A stretch of DNA of 64,000 nt, from positions 8,050,448 through 8,114,447 of the forward strand of contig BDGG01000002.1 of the NCBI GenBank assembly GCA_001949185.1, in the 5' to 3' direction. The translations under genes were made by a program, and so were the position numbers. Below, one piece after another: positions 1 through 13,702 of the stretch. Below the pieces are notes generated by a model. It searched no databases and had not been told where the DNA came from. It worked only from the letters and a program-made list of their open reading frames with translations. This DNA comes from Ramazzottius varieornatus (taxonomy: Eukaryota; Animalia; Tardigrada). The stretch's first letter is position 1; each line of letters starts with the position of its first letter.

Positions 1-923
1 GCAGACCATGACTGTCGAGTTCTTTCGCCAGCCGAGTGAAGCCGTGGGTTTCACGGTGGTGGGCAGTAAGGGACAGCTGAGTATTGGGCAGATTGTGGAG
101 AGCGCACTGGCGGCCAGCCTAGTTCGGACAGGGGATACTCTCTTGAGGCTCAATGACGTCTCTTTGCAAGCCATGACTCCCAGCGAGGTCAATGCTCAAC
201 TGAAACAGTTAACCGGCAAGATTTCACTGTTGATACAACGACGGACGCTCTCCACTCCTCAGCTCAATACCTCGGCCAATCCTGCATCTGCCCAAAGGTA
301 GGTCCCCTTCACTTTTGTAGCTCTTGAATTTGTACGTTTCCTCTCCTTCCCTCCTAGTACTCCCGACTCGCTGGACTGTCGCCATATCGTCCTGCAACGC
401 GGACAGGATGGACTAGGCTTCTCCATTGTAAGACTTGGTGCTTCCTCTCTGACATATTGTGCCAATGTAGAAAGGGCGACCTAACAGTGCTGCATGTAGG
501 TTGGAGGCTTTGGCTCGCCGCATGGTGACTTACCCATTTACGTCAAGACAGTCTTCACCAAAGGCGCCGCCGCTGAAGATGGTATAGTTCATGCTTTTCC
601 CACTTCTGGTATTACTTATCACCGTATGGGACGTTGTAGAACGATTTCTTTCAGATCGTCATTTCAAGTGGCGCACGTCCTCAGTAGGGCAAGTCGAGAG
701 CGTGCGCCACTGGGGATCATGATCTGGGTGAATTTGTTTGCCGACGTCTCATAAGTGACTTGTATTCTGTGATAATGGTTTTTGGGTGTTGGCAGGTCGG
801 CTGAAGCGAGGCGACCAGATCGTGGCGGTCAACGGGGAGAGCCTGGAAGGGGCGACGCACGAGAAGGCCGTCAATGTCTTGAAGAACGCCAAGGGGACGG
901 TCACGCTGATGGTCACCGGCTAA
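1..923 (+). CDS. MPDZ: 3' end of multi-PDZ scaffold protein (MPDZ/MUPP1-PATJ family), last two PDZ domains; partial, spliced
   Basis: Spliced translation gives [84 protein letters not shown], typical of the terminal MPDZ/PATJ PDZ domain. GT-AG intron 582-795; stop TAA 921-923. Confidence 0.85.
665..713. repeat. Example monomer of the 12-25-12 element, in the MPDZ intron
   Basis: CAAGTGGCGCAC gtcctcagtagggcaagtcgagagc GTGCGCCACTGG. Confidence 0.9.
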
Positions 924-1811
924 CTTGACTGGTCACTCTTCCCCCCGGAAGACTTCCCGGGCGAACAGCCTCTCCGTCCAGCCTCAGTCTCCTGATGAGC
1001 GCTAAGTTGTCTTACATGCCACAGTTTCGGTCTTGGACCCTGTCAACGACTGCACAAGATGGTATTTTCCAGCTTCGGTTTTACTTTCGAAAAGAGAATG
1101 ATCGCTCTCAGTTTTATCCTCTGTTGTTTAATTAATGTGTTTCCAACCTGGCAGCTGGTAGCACCCGATACTATTGGCCTTATGCCGCACCCTCTACCAT
1201 TTCCCAATGACTTTTGTCTTCCTTCCAAAACGAATGCTTTTCTTTTGATCCTAGTTTACTCTGTTAATGTCGTATATTTTGGTCTTACCGTTTGACGGAA
1301 TAACTTCATCGCTTTCACAGTTTTGCATATCTTATGTGGAGACTGGCTGTTAGACGATAGACTTCTGTACCGAGACTCGACAATTTGACTGTTGGAAAAC
1401 GAGCAGCGAGCAAAGCGCTATACATTAATGGCTTTAGTTTTTTGCGTATGACTTGTTCAACTATGGCGAGTGCAGCGCCGGGGGGAAAAAACAAAGGCAA
1501 CACACGCCAATTAAGTATTAAAGCTAGATTAACAGCTGGCAGTTGTACTGATAAAAGGAAATACGAAGGAAAGCAATGCAGGGCAAACCACTGGCGGTGC
1601 CATGTGATCACTAGAGGTTAGATTACAGCAGATATATCCCAACCACCGTGGGCTACACGGGACAGGTAAACGAAGGGGGAGAATGTACAGCTGACTTAAC
1701 GCGGTACGCGACGACCCAGAGTAAAGCCATCCCAGCTCTTGTGCGAGGACTAGCGGTGGAGCGGACACAGACTTATAACAGAGCAGCAACACCAGTAAAA
1801 GAGCCTAGCGC

Positions 1812-2810
1812 TCAATTTTCTTCTTGGCTTTCTTCGCCGGCCGTGGGCTCTTTGGAACCTGCGCCACCGGCTTGCGTGTGGCCGTCCGCGTCCAGCCAAG
1901 ACTCTTCCACGATGGCCGACACACGCTTCTCGTACTCACGACGGTCCGCTGAGTACAACTGGGCTGCGAGTGAGTTCGCAGGACTGTTGGGGTTGGGCGC
2001 GTCCAGCAGCGACTGGATGCTCGTCAGAATGCTAGCCACGTCGTAACTCGGACTCCATCGGCTGCAATGACCACAAAAAAATCATCACTCATTCATCAAC
2101 CATACAGCGTGTCGAAATTTCACCTACAACCAACCTGTTTAGAAGATCCAAGCAAATTGATCCGTCAGCGTACACATTCGGATGGAACATTCTGCAACAA
2201 AAACAAGCCCATGATTCATGCTAAAGCACACAGATGACTTTTCTTATGATTCACTTAAACCACACATCGCAAAGCCAAGTTAGTTTTAAAGCTAGTGACT
2301 AAGGTTCGACTTGGCCCTGTTGGTATCGTTAACTCACGAAGATATAACTGGGACGTGGGTAAGAACTCGACCAGATTTTTATGTCAACTGGCGCATATTT
2401 CCAGCCAATAATAGTGAAAAGGTACGCCACTTGGGAAAATAATCTGGTCGAGATGTTTGACAAGCTTCCAACCATAAACGAGAGGGAAAGTTCGCGATTC
2501 CGATCTTACCTCGACAGGAAGCGCACCTTGGGCCTACGGAGAACAAAGAACAAAGGTCGAGCTTGACCACAAAATCGAACAGAAAGGTAGCATACGGTTT
2601 ATTCGGATAGTCCTCGCTAAAATCCATGACCAGCTTGAAGGTCCCATCTTCGAAGGGAGTGCCTTGTGGGCCAAAGATGATGCAGTTCCACGACAACAAG
2701 TTGGCTTCATTGGGTGCTCCACTCACTCCCGTTGGGGGGTCTTCTTGCAGCTTCTTAAAGTCTCGCAACAGACGTCGACGAGCAGGTGTAGCAGAAGATG
2801 TAGTGGCCAT
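1812..2810 (-). CDS. UBE2A: Ubiquitin-conjugating enzyme E2 A/B (RAD6), 4 exons: 2810-2596, 2533-2510, 2191-2135, 2061-1812
   Basis: [54 protein letters not shown] (catalytic Cys), [12 protein letters not shown] introns join in frame; 24-nt microexon; short acidic C-terminal tail. Confidence 0.95.
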
Positions 2811-2880
2811 GGACTACAAGCGACCTACCCACTTCCAGTTAATCAAGCCGCCCAGACAATCAACCGCGCAGACGAGGGTA

Positions 2881-2976
2881 GTCACGTGGTACAGCTTACA
2901 CAATCAAATCACCATGTGATAAGGCTACGCACAGGTAGCACGTGGTACACTGGTTAAAGTACAGCAGTCACGTGAT
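2881..2976. promoter_or_regulatory. E-box (CACGTG) cluster upstream of RAD6
   Basis: CACGTG at 2883, 2939 and 2969 (two as GTCACGTG, two as CACGTGGTACA), 70-165 bp upstream of the ATG. Confidence 0.5.
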
Positions 2977-3661
2977 CAAATTTACTACAGTTTCTAAAGG
3001 GATGGCTGATGAGTGATGTCTTGATCACTTCAATTCTTCTTCCACATGGAACAGACTAACACGATCAACTAAGTCTTGTACTCCTCTGGAAGAACGTTGA
3101 ATTCCGTGGCGCAGTATTATCTGGCTGGAATAGTACAATCTGGCAACACAGGGGCTATGGCCTCCCCAACTCACGAGGTAGCAGACGTCAGGTCGATTAG
3201 GTTCCCTTGGCGATTCCGCGATATCTAAGTCAAAAAACGTACGAGGAGCAATACTCAACGACCTCCGACGACACCAAAGAACAGATTAGCAATGTAGGCA
3301 GAAGAAAACTCGAAAAAAACAATTTTATGAAGTAATCCCCGCGCATGACTCATTCCAGATTTTGAGCAGTATGACCCTCAACACCCCTGGTTGTTTTCGA
3401 GCATACCCAGAGTCTCAGAAACTCGGATTTTTGACCTTTCAGTCCGGGAACAAGCCGACCAGTAATTTAATTGAGCTGTGGGACAATGTTACTTTACTGC
3501 GCAATTAAAATTATTAAAAGTCACGTGCTAACGTTAAGTCTATATGATCAGCTGACTGCGAGTAAGATCAATTATCGCTGACGAATTTCAATTATTAAAA
3601 TTTAAATTCAAATTTCCTAATATGGATCAATCAATCAAGCGAACACTAACCCACACAATTA

Positions 3662-3776
3662 CTGTATACGCTCCCGAAATTCACGTACGTCACTCCATTC
3701 AGAGTGTAAAACTGGACGGTAAGACCCCAATGATTTGAAAGTCAGTGACGTACGTGAATTTTGGGAGAGCATACAG
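3662..3776. mobile_element. 115-bp MITE, TA-flanked
   Basis: TA|CTGTATACGCTCCCGAAATTCACGTACGTCACT ... AGTGACGTACGTGAATTTTGGGAGAGCATACAG|TA, imperfect ~33-bp TIRs. Confidence 0.75.
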
Positions 3777-4197
3777 TAAAACGATTTTAATTATTAAAAT
3801 CGATTTTCTATTTTAATGATTAAAATAACACTGCTGTGGGGAGAGTAACTCAAGAATGGCATCACGAAATCTGGTCTGTTGAGAGATCGCGAGCGAGCTC
3901 AGGTTTGGCTTGAAGACGTCATAATGCTGGTTGGTAGTTCGTCACATGATGATGACTCACATCTGCGAGAAAAAGCGCTGGTTGACGATACGAAGACGTC
4001 AAAGATCCACGCCAGAGTTCGTCCGCAATCGCTCGACAAGTCGCATTTTTACCACATAACACCTGAGTAGTGTTCTTCCGATACGACAGCGGAACTAATT
4101 CGAATCCGGTCGCCCACGTTAAGTCTATGGCTACAGCGGGCATTAAAATACGTTGTATCGGAACAACACTGCACCTGACTTACTTTGCCCACTAGTA

Positions 4198-4454
4198 CAG
4201 TCCGGTCGCTCGAAATCTGGACGAAATTTTCCAGTTTCAATTTGAGGCCCGCCACACATTCACCATACCGCATACTAAGCCAAGGCCCAATATCACATAA
4301 CACACACATTACACCGTGCTGTGACTCGTATCATCAACTAATCAAGGCGCAGGTAACCGGCTGTGTGGGCATGGCGAGCAGTAAGGTTAACTTCCTATGA
4401 TTTTCCTCCTTTGAAATCGGAAAATTTCGTCCAGATTTTCGACTGACTGGACTG
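4198..4454. mobile_element. 257-bp Tc1/mariner-pogo-type MITE
   Basis: TA|CAGTCCGGTCGCTCGAAATCTGGACGAAATTTTCC ... GGAAAATTTCGTCCAGATTTTCGACTGACTGGACTG|TA; CAGT termini with TA flanks. Confidence 0.75.
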
Positions 4455-4938
4455 TAATGGGCAGAGCAGTTGCCCACTAGTACTAGTAGTAACCCACTAC
4501 TCAATATGAAGTTTTGAACGACGGCAAACGTTGTTCCCCCAAGGGCTCGCACACCGGTTTTTGGGATTGCTCATAGGTCACACGTCTCAACTATTAGCTT
4601 ATGCAGAAACGTGTGATGGTCGCATTACTATTGCATTCTCTTTGTCCATCTTCCTCATCAGGCTAGAATATTAGGAGACTTACACGGAGTACTGCACGGT
4701 CTAACGTGTCGGGGCACGGCTGAGGTATTGCTGGATATGTTACGGTCGCCTTCAGGAGGCCTGCAGTGACGGGAAGGAGGATGATTGGAGAGGCGCGCTA
4801 ATCATCTATATTTCGATATCTTGTATGTAAGCTCTCTTTCTCAGTCTGTTTAATATTGGGAATATCATCCACGAGTAGGGGACAGGGCGCTGTTGCAGCT
4901 CACATGAATTCTGTAGAGAACGTTTAACTGCGTTGAAG

Positions 4939-6003
4939 ATGGCCAGCGGATTCCCTGTCAGTAGCGCGGTAAGTCTCGCCAGCTGCTGTAAAGTTCTTAC
5001 CATTCAGCCGTCGCACTCGTGCTGGTGCTCGGTATAATCATGTCTGGTTCTTCTTTTGCAGCGTCGTATCCACAAAGAACTGGTTGCGCTGCAAGCTGAG
5101 AGTGTTCCGGGTGTGACTTTAAAGTCTGGACCTACGGAGTCGACCAACGACAAATTTATCGAGTAAGTGACTCTGCATTTCTGTACTGTTATTAGACTTC
5201 ACTGTTATTATGATCCGGTTGTTCATCCTGTTCGGTCCTTGACTCTCGCGGTACCTGTTCTGTAATGCTCATTGATCATTTATCGGTGATACAGCATCGT
5301 CATGGAAATCAAAGGAGCCGAGGGGACCGTCTACAACGGAGAGACATTTGATCTACGGTTCCGGATGAATGAGCGATGTACGAAGCATAGTCTGGCTTAA
5401 TTTCCGTGCCGTGGATTGGTCTCACAGCCAAGTCTGCTGACACAGTCCTTTGTACTTGCAGATCCCTTTGAATCACCGGAAGTTGTCTTTCAAGGCGCCA
5501 GTGTTCCTCTGCATCCTCACGTTTACAGGTACTATACCAGAACTCCAACCGGAAGTGGTAACCGCAGACCCACTTCCAGTTGAAAGTAATTTATTCGCTT
5601 ATGAAGTTTTACGCGAGTGGTGCAGATTCCTGGCAGGCATGTGATGTTGCTGTTTGTGGGCGAGTCGTGGGTAGAAAACAGGATCAGAGTTTATAAAGGT
5701 AACTGTGTCGTTGTAGTAATGGCCACATTTGCCTATCGATACTGGGTAACGACTGGAGCCCGGCATTGACCATCCAGAGCGTTTGCCTTTCCATCGTTAG
5801 TATGCTCTCCAGTTGCAAAGAGAAGAAAAGACCTCCCGATGACCAGTTTTACGTCCGTACTGCCTCTTTAAATCCAAAACATACCAGGTGTGTATTTTGG
5901 TACTTACCTGCAAAAGACCTAACATATTCCGAAGACCTCGTTCATTTCCTCATCGTTCAATGTGTCTTCTCGTAGGTGGATGTACCATGATGATACTGTC
6001 TGA
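4939..6003 (+). CDS. UBE2W: Ubiquitin-conjugating enzyme E2 W, 6 exons: 4939-4968, 5062-5162, 5295-5377, 5462-5528, 5717-5887, 5976-6003
   Basis: [68 protein letters not shown]-terminal WMYHDDTV*. All introns GT-AG and in frame. Confidence 0.95.
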
Positions 6004-6621
6004 CTGACGCAGCCTTTGGCTTCAGAGTCTTCTTCTTGAACAGCTTGTTTTAAGATAGTCGAGAAGAAAGAGCAGGTGGTTTGGTTTTTGATGGTTGATA
6101 CTCCGATTCCTTTTTGTATGTAACCTTGCGGACTATATGGAGAGAACTCTCGCTTCTTTCGAATTGCTGTTCCAAATAGCTGTTCCCCAATAGCTCCGAT
6201 CTTTTGATTTCCTGTGATACAAAAGATTTTCGTTCATTCATTTGTCATTCTTCTTGCAGTCGTTTTGCGCCACACGAAGCTGCAGATGAAGAAACCCGAA
6301 CAAGCCTGGCCTGTGACTTGTGAGTGCGTGAGTGTCCTGAACTAGCCACAAGGTCGCAGGAAGTGCAGTCCGAGTCCGCTGATACACACTATCGGCATAT
6401 TCTGTACTGTAGGTTCTCAACGGTAGAATCATTATCACGCCATAGAGTGCAAGCCGTAAAGTGACGCGCGGATCAAACTCAACTGTAAAGATTTTGACTG
6501 GTGCTAAGCGGGGCAATACTAACGTGAAAAAACCCTCAATTACTAAGAGGCGGAAGAAAATGTCAGATGATTTTCGCAAAGGAGGTAACACGCTCGAACA
6601 AAAGAAGGGTATGATAAGTTA

Positions 6622-8751
6622 TTAGAAGACACTGTCGATACTGCTTTGACGACCGGCGTTGGCTCTGGGACTGGTATCGTGGTTATTCTGGCGATGGACA
6701 CCGGCGCCGTTATCGCTGGTGTGGCTGCCATCTAGAGCAGTCTCGCTGGTGTTGGATGGCATGATACTGGTGAGGGCGATATATTCCGGGTTGGAAGTGG
6801 GTGCATTGTTGGTGGAGCTGTCGTTGTTGGAGGTAGTGTAATCCTTTCGGCGCAGACTTTGACCGGCATTGCTGGTGTTGCCCGCTGGTCGGGGTTGACT
6901 GCCACGGGTAGAGCGTGTCCGACCGACCGTATTGGACTCTCCACCGGCGTCTGTCCTTTCGTAGTCGCCCAAATGTTGCTGGCGACTGGTACCTAACTGG
7001 CCACAGCACAGCAAGGCCTTGAAGCTGTTACGGAAACCGGGATGGGCGGCAGCGTAGATGAAGGGGTTCAAGCAGACATTGGAGTAGGCCAAGACATGGG
7101 CCGCGATCTGGATGGGAATGGAAATGTGGTTGATGGGATACAAAGTCAGGGACTTTAGTGCTAAGATGAACGTGATGGGACTCCTACAAGAAACAAGGAC
7201 AAACGTGTGAGAGGCCGGTAGACGACGATCGTCATGTTAGGTGGCTATAATAACAGTCAATAATAATAGTTTGGTGGGCGACTTTGGTCACCGATCCTCC
7301 ACATTCATACCAGCAAAGGACAAAAATGACGACGACGGCGATGACCATCCTGGTAACACGCTTCTTGGAGCGGTTGCCTCCGTCGGAACGATGACCAGCT
7401 GGTCCTTGCGAATGCCACAAGCGACGCAACATCACAAAGTACAGCGACGAGATGATGGTTACCGGAAGTATGAAGAAGGTGCCCAAGAAGGCCAGCCGGA
7501 AGCTGGGCTCATCGTACACACTCTGCAACCAAAATCGGCCTTTCCTGTACAGTACGTGCTATTTTTCCTTGTCAGCCCATCATGAATGGCTATACTCACA
7601 AACTGGAAAATGCAGGGAACGCGCCATTCACAATCGTGGAGGTCCTGCAACTAAGCATGGTTATAGTTCACGTACCAAAACCAAGCCCCTTTACCGTCCC
7701 GAGGATCCAATTGGCCATTTGTCTTACCTTGAAAGTTGTACCATGAACAATGATAAGAGGGACGTTGCTTCCCATGATGATGCACCACTGGACTGCCAGG
7801 GCTATGTAAGTATTTCGTTCGGTCCGTAATGACATGGAAGATATGGGATGGACCACCGCTGAGGAAATGAGCAACAGATTCGCTGTAGTTCTTCTTCAGT
7901 ACCAAGCAAAGAGCTGCAGACCTACCCAGGTAGCGGTCCACCGACATGAGGACCAGGGTGTAGACGCTGGAGTAAGCGCAAACATGGACCAAATACTGCA
8001 CGACCTTGCACCAGACGCTCCCGAATGGCCATATGCCCACCACGTAATCCGACGCCGTGAAAGGCACGCAAAATATAATGAACATCAAATCGGCGCACTA
8101 CAACGACACGTACCATCGTGAAAACACTTCGGAGGTCGGCATACGGAACGTACGAGATCACTAGCCCAAGTGGCGCAGGTGTCCGTTATATTGCCTGCAG
8201 CCATGCGCCACCTGGAAGAACCACCTTGTCCAGTTTGATTGTTTACCCGAGCGGCGCACGCTTTCAGTGTTGTTGGCTGGAACCGTGCGCCACTGGAGAC
8301 ATTCCTTTTGTACGTCTTGCTTTTCGTCTTTCAAGTTGGATGGCGAAGGAGCGCCCTCTATGGTAGATCTTACCGCTAGATTGACGATGAGCAAGTTGGT
8401 GCTGTTACGTATTTGCTTGCCGCGCCTTCCCAGGACGATAATGATAACAAAGGCGTTACCAATCAGGCCCAGGATGACGATGACGCCAAAGAGGACCGGC
8501 ACAACAATACTGACAACATGGCGCATGAATCGATCATCTTGGTAGTCGTAGCTGGAGCTGGGTGTACAGTTGACTTCCGGGTTGAGCGATGCAGACAGCG
8601 CGGCGGTCAGCGGAGAGAGAAGAGTGCTGCCAGAAGTGGCTGCCACCTCCCAACTGCTGTCCAGCTCCATTCTTCCCAGACTGCCGACCCTTGTTTCGTC
8701 ACTGCCTCCTTGATCCACCGGAAGTGGGCTGGAGGAAAGGATGTTGGACAT
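6622..8751 (-). CDS. AstA-R: Class A neuropeptide GPCR, allatostatin-A/galanin receptor family, ~6 exons
   Basis: GLIGNAFV, RNSTNLLIVNLA/CADLMFIIFCVPFTASDY, WPFGSVWCK, SVYTLVLMSVDRYLAVVHPISSMSLR, KKRVTRMVIAVV, AHVLAYSNVCLNPFIYA. Confidence 0.88.
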
Positions 8752-11700
8752 CAGTCACAAGATAAATATCGATGGGGAGATTGATATTGATGGAGAAGAT
8801 GGGTGCCACACTTTCCAAGCTCGTCGTTCAATTAACGATTTGCATCTGCAAAGAAAAGTGCTCTCATGTTCAACGCTCGTCTGCGCTGTAGTCCCGTATG
8901 TTATAGGAAGACTTCCGCCGCAGTCAACTGTACATCTGTAAATCGAACTTAACTTGCCTCCCAAAATTAAAACCGATTTCCACCAGTCGATCCGGAGACC
9001 AATACAGTCACAGTAAAAAACTGACAAAGTGGAAACCTTTCCAGTGTTCTGGTACTCTGCCGGAAGTCTGCGCAGCGGGAAGCACCATCTATGGGACGCA
9101 CGTATGCTGTGTGCGAAACCTCACCGTGTACCTGTGCAATTGTACCGTGCATCATGTGTAATTGCATATGGACCGAATTTAGAGTAATCTTTTTCCTTTA
9201 TCCGAGTTTGAGGTTATTTTAATGGGCAAAACATTCTCGGTCGGCCACTGAGGTCGGATGTGAGGCTGTCCAATCAACAGCTCAGAACCAACCTGTAACA
9301 TAAAGCAAGCTTTAATGTCGGCTTTCACAATCTCTTCCTCCCCAATAGGATGCGGACCATGCCATATCAATGCCACGACACAATATTTCATTGATTTCAT
9401 AGAGTCGATATAGAGTATACCGGACGTACTACATGGCGACGGATGATCCGTCCGTAATGCATAATATCGGGGATTGCTTTTTAATCCGGCGATTGGATGG
9501 CAATTGACTTGATGGACTTGGGCATTTCAGCGAACCTATTTACATGCACGCACCTCCCTTCGCATCCGTTATGCGGCCCTTTTCTTCCTTATCAAACGTT
9601 CATTGTCGTTAACACCCAATTACGCTCATTATCCTACAGCTCTTGTATGCCGCGGATATTCCGGCCTGCTGCTAGAGAAACGGAAAGAGCGTCTGGCAGT
9701 AGAATTACCTGATGGGTAAATGCGCGCAGTGGTCGTCTCCTGCTGTCACCGTCTCTGGGGCCTTATCACTTATCGATTTCCCATCCGGATGAGATCGCTT
9801 CCACCTTTCAACACGACAGGAAGATGTAAAGGAATTAGCAGAGCAGGCGGTGGAAAATGTGAAAGCCGTCGTTCAGTGTAATCCGCTGGCTATCAACATA
9901 ATCAAAATGCTGATCGTCATCTGGCTCAAGGCGATGAATTCTCTGTGGGCTAAGTGCAGCAGCCGCATCCTTTCAGCAAAGCCAGCCTCAGCGACGGGCT
10001 TATACCCACTAGAGCTAGATAGTGAGGCTAGGCCGCAGCCCAGCATTGGGAGGAAGCAGGAGCCAAGGGTCAACTCCGGGTCAAGTCAACAAATAAGCCA
10101 GCCACATGCTGGGTTAAACAGTGGAGAGGACCAAAATCACTTTTACGGTGAGACGAACTTTCGCCACGTCCGTTTATTACAACTTGATTGTGCAATAGTG
10201 GAAGCCAAGGCGCATAGTAAAGTCCGAAGTATGGATGGCGGTGAGATAGATGGACAGTCGTCGAACAAGACACTGATCATATGGCACTTCCCTCAAGAAC
10301 AATGGTCGCCGCGACTGAATGCAAAGATTTATGAGCGTATGGACGAGGGGAGAAGGGTTGGCAAAAGGCCCAACTGGGATAAATGTCTTTCCGGATGAAC
10401 GCCTGTTTACATCATGTAATATTGTTGGCAACGCCCCAGCTGACAAGTTTGGATGAAGCCCAAGTAGCCAGAAAGAGCAATCTCTGCAGCCTATGTCGAT
10501 GGCTCCAACCTCCAGCATCCGACTTCCAGCTCCTCGATCGCCTTCAAGCCAGCTTTGCTGTTGCCATTAAGAGACGCTCTTCCATAAATCCTACACTCGC
10601 TACAGCTAGGCTGATCGCCGAGAGCCCGCAAGAGCTGAAACGCAGGCACGCGCCTGCTGTGTACGTATGCCAAGACGACACGATAAAGGGGAAGGAACGT
10701 CGATCGGCCCGAACCAATGAATATAAATTTTGATCAATATAAATTAACTTTCCGCTCGATCTTTGTCTCTTCGACAGTCAAGAAAAAGCAAGTTTTATGC
10801 GGTTTCGAGTATCCGAAGGGTCGCCAAGATGGGTTCGCCAAATCAAAATCCGCGCCAGTTTCAGTGGGCATTATCCGAAGTACAAGTATTTGTACTGTAG
10901 ACACAAGCCGGTTTATAACTGGAAGAAATATGCCAAGATCGTCGATAGTGAATTCTTTATGAAGAGTTTGTATGTGTGCAAATGAGCGGAACCGCAGAAT
11001 CGTCTAGCCGATCGGTAGTGAACATGCAAATTTGATGGACTGGATGCATATGCTTTCCCTCTTGACTTGGCGCAATGGGTTTTCCCGTGCAGTGTATTCC
11101 GCCCACGTCTTCCCGTGGAACGATCCGTACATCCTCTGCCGGTCTTCCTCAGGATTGTCGACTATCGGCATACGTTGTTACACTAGCTGGTGAAGGCTGA
11201 GAAGGCGAATGCATCAAATGGTGGCAATTTAATTAAGGCGCCGGAAGTCACGGCAGTAACAACGCCAGTTTGATCCTTATGCGTCAACTGCCAGCTTCCT
11301 CCTTGCTCGTAGCCCGCGTCTGCCCCTGTCGGCCTCTTCCGCTTTTTATTCGCTTATTATTATACAGGGCACGTCGCCATGCCGAAGACTTGCAACATTC
11401 ACATGGAGCTCAATTGCGCTGAATAGCAAAGAGGCATGGAGATAATTAAAAGGCCTGGCTAGGCTTTATGCATGGCTCCCCATCCCCCGCAATGTTCTCG
11501 CAGTCTTTCAGCCATCAAATGATATTGCCGGCCCACCGATCCGTCTTCCAGCAACCCGTGCCACTTCACAGCGTGTTATTAAAATGGCACCCATCCAGGG
11601 CCGTAAAATGGAAACGTGCCTCCAAGGCAGCATGTAACGGTTCCGCAAAATCCAACGCGTGTCGCATTTACGAACCTATCCAGAGATGGAATGTGGGAAT

Positions 11701-11832
11701 ATGGACTCAGCCGGTCGCTGTGTCAGGTGGCGCCCGTTTTCATTGTTATCGGCTGGAAGTGTGCGCAACGCAACTTGGAAAACCGTTCTGGTTCTACTCA
11801 TTGCTTACGTCCCACATGACGTATGGGAAGCG

Positions 11833-12974
11833 GCAAAGCTTCAAAGCCGGGTTATTGCCACTGGCTACTGCGCTACAAAGCCGCTTAGCTGTTATCACAA
11901 AACGTCGTTCATTCATATCGGTACACGGGATTTTATGGTTCGCGCTTATCACAGATAGTCAGAAACCGTCGAGCGAAGGACCGACCATAGACTGGTTGCG
12001 CGATATTCTTCCAGTAGACTACTAAGTCTTACAATGGAAAAAACAACTGTCCCAGGCCGAGCAGTCTACACCGGCACGGGTAATAGAGTTTGGGTTCGAG
12101 AAAAAAGAAGAAGCATGTAGGAAGGCTTGCGGAGAAAAAAAGAGCACGATCGGTGCGACACATCTAACTTGTAAGGCAGATTTTGGTTGGCTTCGTCCGT
12201 CCAGTCGGTCCTTCTTCCATTCTTGTCCCAAGTTAGGAAAGAGCCATCTTCTTGGCCTTCTCCAGCATGCTAAACTTGGGCATGCTGACCCGCAGGCCGC
12301 TGAGGAAAGTGGTTTCCGAGACGGCAGCCGTGGCTTCCTCCAGACGCATCCGATTCTGGATGGTCTGGTAGTTTTTGGAGTTGAGCACTTCCTCGGGAAT
12401 GCCTTGTAACTCAAACTCGGCAAAGGATTTCTGCAACGAAGAAAAGAACCACATGTGATGAACAAGCTGGTAAACTACTAAGGCGTGCGAGACATCGGCG
12501 AACAAGACTCTTCTCCAAGTGGCGCACATTTCAAGTGTTGCAAACTGAAAACGTGCGCCACTGGGTTTAACGACACTACCGGGTTCCCCAACTGGCCCAT
12601 GCTTGCAGCTAATAACACTGGAAGCGTGCGCCACTTGAAGAGACGATCATCTATAGACTTTGTTTGCCGAGCTACGGTAGTTAGTTGGTCCATCATTCAA
12701 CTGGTGAGCATAATGGCGGGTGATTAGTACCTTGATGATTGTGGACAGACAGTTAACTTGGTGGGCGTTGAGTGCGCGATCCATCCGTTCGGTTAACCAG
12801 GTACAAATGATGGTCATTTGGGACGTGTATAACCGCTCAAACATGGCCAAGATGAAGAGTTCGTCAGTGACACGCTGACGAATCTGCTCCATCGACGAGC
12901 GCAGACAGTTGACGTATTGGCGACCTAGATCGCCGCTGATATTGCTGGTCGTTGAGGCTTCCTACGCAATATGC
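11833..12974 (-). pseudogene. Duplicated 3' end of CAPS (last two exons, last intron, part of 3' UTR); direct repeat copy 1
   Basis: Nearly identical to 21472-22614 (offset ~9640); same ORFs in the ORF track; one coding change (ETTFL vs ETTSL). Confidence 0.9.
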
Positions 12975-13702
12975 CACCATTGGACCATCAGCAATTTTCC
13001 GTTAGTCGAGTTCGCGCTCGTTGTGATGCTGTATTGCGGGTGTCAAGGCCGAGTTTTCGCGTAGGTTGGTCGCGGAGACATTCAAATGTTCACTCGTGTC
13101 GTTGGAATTTTCCTCTAGGATGGTACACGACGTCTCCGTGTAGTTTTCGGTATGGTCGTTCAGCGATTTGAGCTTAACGTTGAAAGTTTCTTCGACAGCG
13201 AGATGTTCTTGTTGGAGTTACCGATCTCGAGAACCATGTTGACTTTGGTTGTGGTAATCGGTGCAGGATCTTGTGATCTCGTTAACTCAGTCGGAGGCTT
13301 GGCCAAGCATGTTGATTAGCATTGTGGTGACTTTGGAAAGTTTGGATGGTTTCGAAGGCGGGGTTGAGGAGAACGTGGCAAACGAGAAGGGCGCACTTGC
13401 AGTCAAGCTATCCAGTTCTTTCTTTACCTGGCTAAGAAGTGGATGAGTTCCCGAGAAGTGTGTTGGTGCTAGAATGAAGGGAGGAAGTCGTGGAACTGCC
13501 AAACGGGAATTACCATCAGAAATTCATTCCTGAAACGACCACAGTCTCGTAACTTCATCAAGAGTCCAGGTCCATCGCCTTATGCCTTGCGTACTTTTAC
13601 AGGGCGGAAGTAGCGAAGAACTGGGGTTCGAACGATGTGATCGGGCGACCTCGAAGCACTTTCAGCATCCAATCGAGGCATCGGAGTAATAATGGCAAGG
13701 TG

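Noticed and set aside
9000-11800. Several 100-185-aa ORFs upstream of the GPCR
   Set aside because: No recognisable motifs or consistent splice pattern; more likely regulatory or UTR sequence.
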